From: Abditibacteriaceae bacterium
GTDB taxonomy: Bacteria; Armatimonadota; Abditibacteriia; Abditibacteriales; Abditibacteriaceae
Direction of reading: 5' to 3'
Length of the DNA: 51,542 nt
Assembly (NCBI GenBank): GCA_031372065.1
Contig: JANMKN010000255.1
Location: 1-51,542, forward strand
Below, piece after piece: positions 38,716 through 47,150 of this stretch. Within the stretch, counting starts at the first letter, position 1; the number at the start of each line of letters is the position of its first letter. Under the pieces are notes generated by a model. That model made no database searches and had not been told where the DNA came from. It saw nothing but the letters and a program-made list of their open reading frames with translations. Made by a program: the position numbers and the translations under genes.

Positions 38716-39963
38716 TTACCAATTTTCTGGCAAAGCGGCGCGCAAGTTTCGGTTGGGCGGGCACAAATCAACCGGCACCAAAGACAAAAGCGCATCGTTC
38801 CACGCGCGGCTGATTTTTACTTCAAAGGCGCCGCCGCCAAACGGATAAAGCAGCGCCAAGTGCGGCAAAACCTGATTTTTGCGCCCTTCGATTTCGCCAT
38901 AAACCGTAATTTGCCGCACATCATCGGCATCGGGCAACGCGGTTGGCGTTTTATATTTCGCATCACCCAGCCATGTGTGATTTTGCGATTGATTTTGGAC
39001 GCGCCAGCGAAAATCGGCGCGTTGTGAAATCGCTGCGCGTGGCGCGCGCAAAAGCGCGCCGACTTCGTGTTGAAAAGACACAAAGGTGCCAAAATGCGCT
39101 TGCAACGCGGCGCGCGTGTAGTCTTCAAAAACCGCGTTCATATCCAGCAAAAAACTAAAGCCTGCTGCATCGCCCGCCGTCATTTCGTAAGCGACGTTTT
39201 CCAAAATTCGCCGCGCAAAAGCCGCGCAAAACGCGAAGCGCTGCGTGTGGCGATGGAAAGAAATGGTTTCGCGCAAAACTTCGCGTGGTGAGCTATCAGC
39301 CGCGTCGGATAAATGGTTTAAACAATCGTCTAACAAAGACGAAGCAAGTGGATTTTGCACGCGTGATGCCAATAATTTACAAGCGCATTTTAAAAGGCGC
39401 GTAAGCGGCGTATCAACCTGTAATTCATCCCACACACAAGCGATTTGGTCGCGCCTGTCCCAGTTTTTTGTCAGTTGCCGCACGAAATGGATGCGGCCTC
39501 GCACCAGCGGCAAATCGTTGCTTTGGCTTTGATATTCAACTGGCAAACCGTCTTGCAATTCGGGCCATAAGCGGCGCGCGAAAAGCAACGCGAAGATGTC
39601 GTGAAATTCCAGCGGCGCATTTTGCAATTGCGCTTCGTCGGCGCTTTTTAAATTGGAATTTGCCACTTCAAGCAGCCACAAAAAATTGCGCATTACGTTG
39701 TGGCGCGAAGCGTTTTCGTTATCTAATTTTGGCCAGATTTCGAGCGTGATATTATCCGCTTCCAACATACCAACATAATGGCGCGCCCGCAGCCACTCGC
39801 CCCCGGCACCTTCAAACCAAAGCGGCGGCGCGCTCAAATTATTTTGCAGTTGCCACGCCCGTGCCCGCGCTTGCAACGCGCTTTTTTCGCGCGCGTTTAA
39901 ATCGCAGCGCACGCGGCCCCATTCGTTAATTTGCAATACGCGGCGTGTTGTCAGAATTTTCAT
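38716..39963 (-). CDS. mcrC: McrC family restriction component
   Basis: YVG..., IWPK, VRGRI, LDMNAVFEDY, RAD...GDAKYK...RQITVY...LLYP; ATGA overlap with mcrB. Confidence 0.82.
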   Translation of the reverse strand: MKILTTRRVLQINEWGRVRCDLNAREKSALQARARAWQLQNNLSAPPLWFEGAGGEWLRARHYVGMLEADNITLEIWPKLDNENASRHNVMRNFLWLLEVANSNLKSADEAQLQNAPLEFHDIFALLFARRLWPELQDGLPVEYQSQSNDLPLVRGRIHFVRQLTKNWDRRDQIACVWDELQVDTPLTRLLKCACKLLASRVQNPLASSLLDDCLNHLSDAADSSPREVLRETISFHRHTQRFAFCAAFARRILENVAYEMTAGDAAGFSFLLDMNAVFEDYTRAALQAHFGTFVSFQHEVGALLRAPRAAISQRADFRWRVQNQSQNHTWLGDAKYKTPTALPDADDVRQITVYGEIEGRKNQVLPHLALLYPFGGGAFEVKISRAWNDALLSLVPVDLCPPNRNLRAALPENW

Positions 39964-42095
39964 TGTTGACCGAAATAATTTTGCTGCAAGGCTTCCAACG
40001 CGCTGAGTTTTTCGCCTGCATCGAAATACCACTGCCATCGTGTGCGCGCCATGATTTCTTCATCGGAAGACAGCGAAATCGGCAGCAAAAAGCGCGGCTC
40101 ATCGCGCTGCGATTCTTCGCCTAAAACGTAGCGCAAGCCGTCCCAATCGTTATGAAAATATTCTTGCAACAGCGGAATAATTTTGCGGCGAAAAACCATG
40201 TCGAAATCGGCGCCGTTCAAAAAATAAGCGTGGCCGATGCCATGTTCGCGGTCGCGGCGCAAAGTTAGGCGGCGATTGAGTTCTATTAAAACACGCCGTG
40301 CGCTTGCGGATAAATCAGGGCAAACAGCGGGCGAAAAATCGGGGCGCAGTTCTTCAAAATCGAAACGCCGCCGCAAGGCAATATCCAGCAGCGCCAGACT
40401 TTTATCGCCAGTATTCATGGTGCCGATAACAAATAAATTCGGCGGCAAGGCAAACGGCAAATGCGAAAACGGCAACGTGGCGCGCAGTTCGTTGGCGGCG
40501 CCCAGTCGCTTGTCATCTTCGAGCAGTGTTATCAACTCACCCAAAATTTTCGCCACGTTGCCCCGGTTGATTTCATCAAGGATAAGCACAAAACGCGGCG
40601 CGCTGATTTTCCAGCGCGGGTTGAATTTGCCTTCCAGGAAACGTGTCGCGTTGCCCTCCGGAGATTCCAAACAAGCGTCTAAAGCGCGCAGCGCGATTTG
40701 CTTTAAAACGCCGTCGTGACATTCGTAACGCGCGGCACCTTTAGTCGTTAAAACCGGACGAATGCCCTCAATAAAATCTTCGTAGGCCAGCGATTGATGA
40801 AAGGTCACAAACGCGATGCGGCCTTCGCGCCGCAAGGCATCGAAGCGCGTTTTAGCTTCGCTGTGATTGGCAAAAGTGCGCCCTTCGATCAGTTTTATGG
40901 CGCGCTCAATTGTCGCATAAGTTTTGCCGGTTCCCGGCGGGCCATAAAGAATAGTATTGAGCGGCGCGGGCGGCAAAACCATCGTTGCGCTCACGCTTGC
41001 GGCGGGCGCTTTGGTTTGGCGTCGGGTGCCATGAAAAATCAAATCAATATCCTGCGGGCGTTTGATCTCCAGCAAAGCATCTGTCCACGCTCCGGCTCCC
41101 GCGCCCGCCGGACGAGCGCCGCGATAAAGCGGTCTATCGGGTTGCGGCTCCAATTTGAGCGTGCCGGTTTCGGGCACAATTTCGCGCACCCAGCCGAGGT
41201 AATGCACGCGCAAATGGGCGCCACCGACGCCTTTGAGCGCGAACTCATCGCCGGGGCGGATTTGCGCGAACAGTTTTTGATAACGCCGCGCGCTGGCTTT
41301 GTCTGGCGCGGTTTCAAAGTTCATTTGCCATTCGTGATTGGCGAGAAATTTTTTCAGTTGCGATTGGCCGTTCCATTCGTGGCCGCCCGCCCAATAACGC
41401 GGGTCGCGGCGCGTGGCGGCATCCAAATAAATTTGCGAGAGCGGCGCCTTCCATTGCTCGCGCGCCGCTTCAATGAGCGCTGCATAATCGCCTAAATCTT
41501 TGGCCAATTCGGGCAAGTCGTGGCGTTTTAAATAGGCCGTAAAAACGCTATCAAGCGGCAAATATTCGTCGGGGCTGAACCAAAACAGGCCGATAGTTAA
41601 TTTGGGCGGCACACTAAGTGTAGTTTTTACACTTTTTTGCCCGATACATTTGATTTGGCAGCAATTTTCAAAAAGCGTTGCATCCAGTTGATGCGGGCCA
41701 ACTTGAAACGCTTCGCGCGCCAATCGCCACAGGTTCGCCACATCGTGCGCTTCGCACGCGCCATCGAGAAACCATGAGGCCGAATTTTCGGCAATCGGTA
41801 AGCCTTGCCAGTCGCGCGGTGCGGGCGTTTCGAGAGCCAGTTGTTCTTGCCAAAAAGCAGCAATGCGCGTGCGATTGGCTTCACTGATGCCACGATTAAA
41901 CGAAGCAAAAACCGTAAACGGATCAATAACTTCGCGTGGCGCTTTGCCGCCTTCGAGGGCAAACAGAGGCAACGAACGCGCTTTAATTTCGCGCAAAACG
42001 TGCAGCAGTTCATCCTGACGTTTTTCGTATTGCAAAACGCGCGCGGCCATTTCCTTGAAAAAAGCCTGCCACGAAAATTGATCTTGATTTGCCAT
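39960..42095 (-). CDS. mcrB: McrB family AAA+ GTPase
   Basis: ILYGPPGTGKT, VTFHQS..YEDFIEG, LDEINRGN, GTMNTGDKS..LD.ALRRRF, IGHAYF, IIPLLQEYF. Confidence 0.9.
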   Translation of the reverse strand: MANQDQFSWQAFFKEMAARVLQYEKRQDELLHVLREIKARSLPLFALEGGKAPREVIDPFTVFASFNRGISEANRTRIAAFWQEQLALETPAPRDWQGLPIAENSASWFLDGACEAHDVANLWRLAREAFQVGPHQLDATLFENCCQIKCIGQKSVKTTLSVPPKLTIGLFWFSPDEYLPLDSVFTAYLKRHDLPELAKDLGDYAALIEAAREQWKAPLSQIYLDAATRRDPRYWAGGHEWNGQSQLKKFLANHEWQMNFETAPDKASARRYQKLFAQIRPGDEFALKGVGGAHLRVHYLGWVREIVPETGTLKLEPQPDRPLYRGARPAGAGAGAWTDALLEIKRPQDIDLIFHGTRRQTKAPAASVSATMVLPPAPLNTILYGPPGTGKTYATIERAIKLIEGRTFANHSEAKTRFDALRREGRIAFVTFHQSLAYEDFIEGIRPVLTTKGAARYECHDGVLKQIALRALDACLESPEGNATRFLEGKFNPRWKISAPRFVLILDEINRGNVAKILGELITLLEDDKRLGAANELRATLPFSHLPFALPPNLFVIGTMNTGDKSLALLDIALRRRFDFEELRPDFSPAVCPDLSASARRVLIELNRRLTLRRDREHGIGHAYFLNGADFDMVFRRKIIPLLQEYFHNDWDGLRYVLGEESQRDEPRFLLPISLSSDEEIMARTRWQWYFDAGEKLSALEALQQNYFGQQ

Positions 42096-42133
42096 GTGAT
42101 TAAATTCAAATTCGGTTTGAGTTTCTCATTTAA

Positions 42134-42175
42134 GACACTTGAGTGCGCGACTTTTGGGGCGCGCTTGCTTAAAAT
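42134..42175 (+). promoter_or_regulatory. Putative promoter of the metallophosphoesterase gene: 16-bp motif GACACTTGAGTGCGCG plus -10 TAAAAT
   Basis: Motif at 42134-42149 is identical to the reverse complement of 2793-2808; TAAAAT at 42170-42175, 20 nt downstream. Confidence 0.5.
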
Positions 42176-42182
42176 TCGCATT

Positions 42183-43067
42183 ATGAGAGACGTGAAGACT
42201 TCAGCGAAAAATATCAGCCGCCGCCGCTTGCTGCGCGGCGGCATTTGCACTTTGGGCGCGCTTGTTGCGGGTGAAAAGTGGGCCACAGCGGTTGAGCCAC
42301 ACTGGGACGAAGTGGTGGCGCTGGAAATGCCCTTGCCGCGCCTCGAAAAAGCCTTTGACGGTTATCGCATCGCGCAGCTTTCGGATATGCATTTGGGCGA
42401 CGGCATGAGCCGCGCGCGTTTGGATGGCATCGTCGAAAAAACCAACAATCTCGGCGCCGATTTGATTGTGCTGACCGGCGATTATGTATCGGGCGATGGG
42501 GCGCGCTGGGCCAAAGATATTACCGGCGCGCTTTCCAATTTGCAGGCGCGCGATGGTGTAATGGCGGTTTTGGGCAATCATGATATTTGGGCCGATGCCA
42601 AAGTCATTCGCCGTGCCCTGCGCGATGCAGGCATTCGCGAACTCAACAACGACGTGCATATTTTGCGGCGCGGGCACGCGCAAACTTTTATCGTGGGCTT
42701 GGATGATCCGTGGTATGGCAAACCAAAACTTGAGCCAATTTTAGCGCATTTGCCCGCAAAGGGCGCGGCGATTTTATTGGCGCACGAACCGGATTTTGCC
42801 GATCAGTTTTCGCAATATGGCCGCTTCGATTTGCAATTGTCGGGGCATTCACACGGCGGGCAAGTTTGCCTGCCGACGGGCATTCCGCTTCGCTTGCCCG
42901 GCTACGGCCAAAAATACCCGCGCGGCCAGTATCAAATCGGCGATATGATTCTCTACACCAATCGCGGCATCGGCAGCAGCGGCATCCCGGTGCGCTTCAA
43001 CTGCCGCCCCGAAATTTCGCTTTTCACATTACGCAAAATAAATAGCTCTGCTGCCAGCTTTTCATAG
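42183..43067 (+). CDS. Calcineurin-like metallophosphoesterase (YkuE/YaeI-like)
   Basis: Tat-like SRRRLL; SDMH, TGDY, LGNHD, LAHEP, SGHSHGGQ, RFNCRPE. Confidence 0.9.
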   Translation: MRDVKTSAKNISRRRLLRGGICTLGALVAGEKWATAVEPHWDEVVALEMPLPRLEKAFDGYRIAQLSDMHLGDGMSRARLDGIVEKTNNLGADLIVLTGDYVSGDGARWAKDITGALSNLQARDGVMAVLGNHDIWADAKVIRRALRDAGIRELNNDVHILRRGHAQTFIVGLDDPWYGKPKLEPILAHLPAKGAAILLAHEPDFADQFSQYGRFDLQLSGHSHGGQVCLPTGIPLRLPGYGQKYPRGQYQIGDMILYTNRGIGSSGIPVRFNCRPEISLFTLRKINSSAASFS

Positions 43068-43099
43068 TTTCCCCTCGCCTTTTAAATGATACTTGCCGC

Positions 43100-43900
43100 A
43101 TGACTTCCGGCAAAATTTCCAACAATAAAGCGGCGCTGATTACGGGCGCTTCGGGTGGCATCGGGCTTGAATTAGCGCGGCTTTTGGCGCGCGATGGCTA
43201 CGATTTGGTTCTCGTGGCGCGCAGCGAAAATAGGTTGCGTGAAATCGCTGACGAATTGCAAAACGCGCATGGCATTCGCGCTTTGGTTTTGCCGCATGAC
43301 TTATCGCTTTCTACGACGCCGGATGCCATTTTCGAGGCGCTGCAAACGCACAAAGTTCAGGTGGATATTTTGGTCAACAACGCCGGAATCGGCACTTACG
43401 GGCCATTTGCCGAAATTGACTGGGACAAAGAGCGCGATTTGTTGCAAATTAATATCGTGGCGCTGACGCATTTGACGAAATTATTTTTGCCCGAAATGCT
43501 ATCGCGGCGCGCGGGAAAAATTCTCAACGTTGCTTCGACGGCAGCGTTTCAGCCCGGCCCTTTCATGGCAGTGTATTATGCCAGCAAAGCTTATGTTTTA
43601 TCGTTTTCGCAGGCACTTTCCAACGAATGCGCGGGTAGCGGTGTCACGGTCACCGCGCTATGTCCCGGCCCGACGCAAAGCGATTTTCAAGAGCGCGCCG
43701 CTATGACGCAATCGAAACTGATGCAAGGCGCTTTGATGACAAGTGCCGAAGTCGCGGCGCAAGGCTACCAAGCGATGCAAAAGGGCAAGCGGCGCGTCGT
43801 GACCGGCTTTAATAATCGCGTGTGGACTTTAGCCGCGAAGTTTTTGCCGACGGGCGCGACAATTAAAATGGTGCGCCGCGTGCAGGAAACGAAGAGATAA
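43100..43900 (+). CDS. SDR family oxidoreductase
   Basis: TGASGGIG, NNAG, YYASK, LCPGPT. Confidence 0.93.
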   Translation: MTSGKISNNKAALITGASGGIGLELARLLARDGYDLVLVARSENRLREIADELQNAHGIRALVLPHDLSLSTTPDAIFEALQTHKVQVDILVNNAGIGTYGPFAEIDWDKERDLLQINIVALTHLTKLFLPEMLSRRAGKILNVASTAAFQPGPFMAVYYASKAYVLSFSQALSNECAGSGVTVTALCPGPTQSDFQERAAMTQSKLMQGALMTSAEVAAQGYQAMQKGKRRVVTGFNNRVWTLAAKFLPTGATIKMVRRVQETKR

Positions 43901-43901
43901 A

Positions 43902-44741
43902 ATGTTTAGCGATATTCCAAACACCGTTGAAAAAATTGAGGCGTGGCTGCATGGCACGAGGGTTTATCCGCGTTCGATTCAGGGAGCGGGCGGCGAAGTT
44001 TTGTGCGCCGTGAAAGACGCGCATCAGTTTTATTTGCTGGCAATTTTTAATCCGCAGTTGCCGCCGTTTTTGCGCGATAGCTTCGGCGGCGAAACGCAAG
44101 ATTTGACTGAAACTTTGGCCTTTAGATGGTGCTTTCCGAGCCACGCGAACGCCAAAAAACTGCGCGCCTTGTTTCCGTGGACGGCATCGCAAGATTTAAA
44201 AAATATGCCCGCTTTCGCCGTGCGCGATTTAATCGGTTTGGCCGCACCCGCGATTTTGCGGGCGCATTCGCAAGACTACAATTTCTCTTTGGTTTTTGAA
44301 GCCGCGCCGGACGAATTACATCAACTATCGCGCACGATGGACGAGGCTTTAGATGTCGTTACTTTCGCGGCTTTTCAAGAAAATTATCGCCGCCCGTGGG
44401 CCATGCACGCCGTGAAAGTAAAAGACGAAAACGAAACAGAAATTTATCGGAATCGGGAGTTGGGTTACAGCGAGATTTCATTTGATGTTGGGGGCGAAAG
44501 TGCCGTTTGGATTGAAGCGGCGCGGCAAACCATAGCGCAAAAAGCGCCGCAGTTGTTTAATGAAATCGCGGACGCTGATTTTTTCGCGTTGTGGACAGCC
44601 AAAACGCAAACGGGCGCGTGGCGTTTTCGAGATCGCATTTATCGTTTGTTGCTCGACAACGAAGCGGCGCATTATCAATTGATTCAAGAAGCGGCAAAGC
44701 GATTGTTCGACGAGTTTCAACAAACGGCGCAGAAAGGATAA
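43902..44741 (+). CDS. Shortened, degenerate tagaturonate epimerase (UxaE)-like protein
   Basis: NAKKLRALFPWTA, D.IGLAAPA..RAH, FAAFQENY and C-terminal FRDRIYRLLLDNE resemble the two ends of UxaE as I recall it; the central part is missing. Confidence 0.5.
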   Translation: MFSDIPNTVEKIEAWLHGTRVYPRSIQGAGGEVLCAVKDAHQFYLLAIFNPQLPPFLRDSFGGETQDLTETLAFRWCFPSHANAKKLRALFPWTASQDLKNMPAFAVRDLIGLAAPAILRAHSQDYNFSLVFEAAPDELHQLSRTMDEALDVVTFAAFQENYRRPWAMHAVKVKDENETEIYRNRELGYSEISFDVGGESAVWIEAARQTIAQKAPQLFNEIADADFFALWTAKTQTGAWRFRDRIYRLLLDNEAAHYQLIQEAAKRLFDEFQQTAQKG

Positions 44742-44745
44742 TTTT

Positions 44746-45699
44746 ATGTGGCAGCGTTTTACCGAACGCGCGCGGCGCGTGATTTTGCTGGCGCAAGAAG
44801 AGGCCGGGAAAATGAATTCCAGCCACGTCGGGACAGAGCATTTGCTTTTGGGCCTCGTGCGTGAAAACGACGGCGTGGCGGCGCAAGTCCTGCTGCAAAC
44901 GGGCCTTTCACTGGCGCTGATTCGGGAGGAAATTGAAGACGAAATTGATCAGAAAGAAGAACCGGCGGGTAGCGAACCCAAACTCACGCCGCGCGCGAAA
45001 CGTGTCTTAGAATTGGCCGCCGATGAAGCGCGCCGGATGCGCCACAATTACATCGGCACTGAACACCTTCTTTTGGCCTTGATTCGCGAAAAAGACGGCG
45101 TCGCCGCCAATGTTTTGCGCAAACTGGGCCTCAATTTAGAAAAAGCGCGAGAAAAAGTGCTGGAATATCTTGGGCCGGAAACGCGAGACTCGGAAAGACC
45201 ATCACGTGGAACTTTTGTAGTGCAGGAAGAACAAGAAGCCAGAGAAATCGCGCGACGAGAGCGGGTCAAGCACCTCGACTCCTTGGAATGGATGCTGCCA
45301 ATGCTAACTAATCTTTTGCCGCGCCAATTGCGCGACATGGGCCGGGAATTGCGCGCGCTTCACAAGCAAAAAGAAATCGCCATTTTGCAGGAAGATTACG
45401 AAACGGCTGCCCAATTTCGTGATGAAGCCGCCGCGCTCGAAAAGCGCATGGAAGCATTCGCCGTCGCGTGGGAAGAAAAGATGAACGAAGAAGAATTGCT
45501 GGCCGCGCCGCGCGATTTGCTGCCGAGCATCATGGTTCTGCTCATTACGGAAATCGAAGCAGCGATGGAAGTGTTATCCTCCGGCGACGCCGCAAAGATT
45601 TTAGAAATCCAAGAGCGATTGCGTTCGCTGCGTCTTCAAGTGTTGGGCGACACGCCCGGCGCCGAAACAGATAGCGAAAACGCGGCAAACGACGAGTGA
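44746..45699 (+). CDS. Clp protease N-terminal (double Clp_N) + UVR domain protein lacking AAA+ modules
   Basis: MWQRFTERARRV, GTEHLLLGL, TPRAKRVLELA, YIGTEHLLL; UVR-like KEIAILQEDYETAAQFRD; no Walker A. Confidence 0.85.
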   Translation: MWQRFTERARRVILLAQEEAGKMNSSHVGTEHLLLGLVRENDGVAAQVLLQTGLSLALIREEIEDEIDQKEEPAGSEPKLTPRAKRVLELAADEARRMRHNYIGTEHLLLALIREKDGVAANVLRKLGLNLEKAREKVLEYLGPETRDSERPSRGTFVVQEEQEAREIARRERVKHLDSLEWMLPMLTNLLPRQLRDMGRELRALHKQKEIAILQEDYETAAQFRDEAAALEKRMEAFAVAWEEKMNEEELLAAPRDLLPSIMVLLITEIEAAMEVLSSGDAAKILEIQERLRSLRLQVLGDTPGAETDSENAANDE

Positions 45700-45748
45700 A
45701 ATTGCCATTTTTAGTTCGGCTAACGGCTTTTGGATGCTTTGGAGAAGA

Positions 45749-46063
45749 CTAACCGGCGTAGTAGAAAGCATCCGTAGAGATGTAAATGCCGTCCGTAGAG
45801 ATGTGAAAACCATCCGCATAGTAGTAAAAGGCATCGGTAAAGATGTAAAAAACATCCGCATAGTAGTAAATGCCGTCCGCAGAGATGTAAAAACCATCGG
45901 TAGAGATGTAAATGGCATCGGTAGAGATGTAAAAAGCATTTGCAGAGATGTAAATGCCATCTGCAGAGATGTAAATGCCATCTGTAGAGTAGTAAATGGC
46001 ATCCGCAGAGATGTAAATGGCATCTGCGGAGATGTAAATGACGTCCGCAGAGTAGTAAATGGG
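45749..46063. repeat. Strict 21-bp tandem array, 14 units plus one degenerate unit (array D), consensus ATCCGYAGAGATGTAAATGSC
   Basis: Units start every 21 nt from 45770 to 46043 with no indels, e.g. atccgtagagatgtaaatgcc, atccgcatagtagtaaaaggc, atctgcagagatgtaaatgcc. Confidence 0.93.
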
Positions 46064-46142
46064 GCCGCGCGAGCGTCCGGCAACTTAAATCTCCGCATTC
46101 AAGCGATAGCCGACGCCGGGTTCGGTTTGCAAATAGCGCGGG

Positions 46143-46346
46143 CAAGTCGCCAATCGTGGTGGAAATTAAACAAACCAAGAGCGCCACCAAAACCGTGACG
46201 GTGATTGGGGAGCCATTGCCCTCCGCTTGCACCGCGTAAAGTGCAAACGGCAGCAGAGTGCAAACGGCCAATAAAAAGATAATCGTCAGCGCGGCCAGCA
46301 AGATATTAAGCGCGATTTCGTTGGGCGTTTTTTGCCGCTTGGCGCC
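46143..46346 (-). pseudogene. kdpB: Isolated internal fragment of K+-transporting ATPase subunit B
   Basis: Translates [28 protein letters not shown]...[19 protein letters not shown], matching KdpB KTPNEIAL...[16 protein letters not shown]; in-frame TAA just upstream; no DKTGT downstream. Confidence 0.85.
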
Positions 46347-46414
46347 GGGAATTTATGCGCTGGGCAAAGGTTTATGCTTGCAGCCCGCGCAATTTCGCCG
46401 CAAGCTATAAAAGG

Positions 46415-47107
46415 ATGAGAATTATTGCTGGCGAGGCCAAAGGGCGCGTTTTGCGCACGCGCGAGGGCAAGGGCACGCGGCCCACCGATTCCCGTTCGCG
46501 TGAGATGCTATTCAACATTCTCGGCCCGCGCGTTCAAGACGCGCGCTTTCTCGATTTATATGCGGGCATCGGCAGCGTAGGCTTGGAAGCGCTCAGTCGC
46601 GGGGCGGGGTTTTGCGTTTTTGTCGAACAAAATGCGGGCGCGGCGCAAGTGATTCGAGATAATTTAAAAATTCTCGGATGGCAAGGCCGCGCGCAGGTGT
46701 GGCACACGCCGCTGAAAAGCGCCATGCGACGTTTCGCAGAAATGCTGCAAGAAAACGCCAATCATCCCGATGCGCGCTTTGATATTGTGTTCGCCGACCC
46801 GCCGTTTACCAATCCCCGCGAATTACAGGACTTAGCGGTGCGGTTGGACAATTTGCCCCAGTTGTTGCATAATGGAACGGGACAAAAACCGCTGGAAAAC
46901 GCAATTAATGGCCTTTGCGAGCCAATTTTGGTAGTGCAACATCATCGCAGAGAAACATTTCATCCAGCGCGTTACATGGTCTGGCAAGAGCGGCGTGCAG
47001 GAGAATCGAATCTGACGTTCTGCTATCCCAACGAGTCGCAAACCAAGACGAACCCGGACTTAAACATCATCGCCACAGGCGAAAACCTGTTGGGCGATTC
47101 AATTTAA
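46415..47107 (+). CDS. rsmD: 16S rRNA m2G966 methyltransferase RsmD
   Basis: MRIIAG..KGR, TRPT....RE.LFNIL, LDLYAG.G.VGLEALSRGA, FADPPF. Confidence 0.9.
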   Translation: MRIIAGEAKGRVLRTREGKGTRPTDSRSREMLFNILGPRVQDARFLDLYAGIGSVGLEALSRGAGFCVFVEQNAGAAQVIRDNLKILGWQGRAQVWHTPLKSAMRRFAEMLQENANHPDARFDIVFADPPFTNPRELQDLAVRLDNLPQLLHNGTGQKPLENAINGLCEPILVVQHHRRETFHPARYMVWQERRAGESNLTFCYPNESQTKTNPDLNIIATGENLLGDSI

Positions 47108-47150
47108 AGAGAAATCCCAAACGGCGCGCGGCGTCGAAGGAGGGTGTGCC

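Noticed and set aside
41609..41622. acactaagtgt palindrome resembling the promoter motif
   Set aside because: Inside mcrB coding sequence, different spacer length, no associated -10
41805..42182. N-terminal extension of the metallophosphoesterase ORF
   Set aside because: Antisense to mcrB and spans the predicted promoter; the start at 42183 or 42192 fits better
45601..46301. Three overlapping ORFs across array D as annotated genes
   Set aside because: Their openness follows from a stop-free 21-bp unit; none has a convincing RBS; only the kdpB-derived part has recognisable homology
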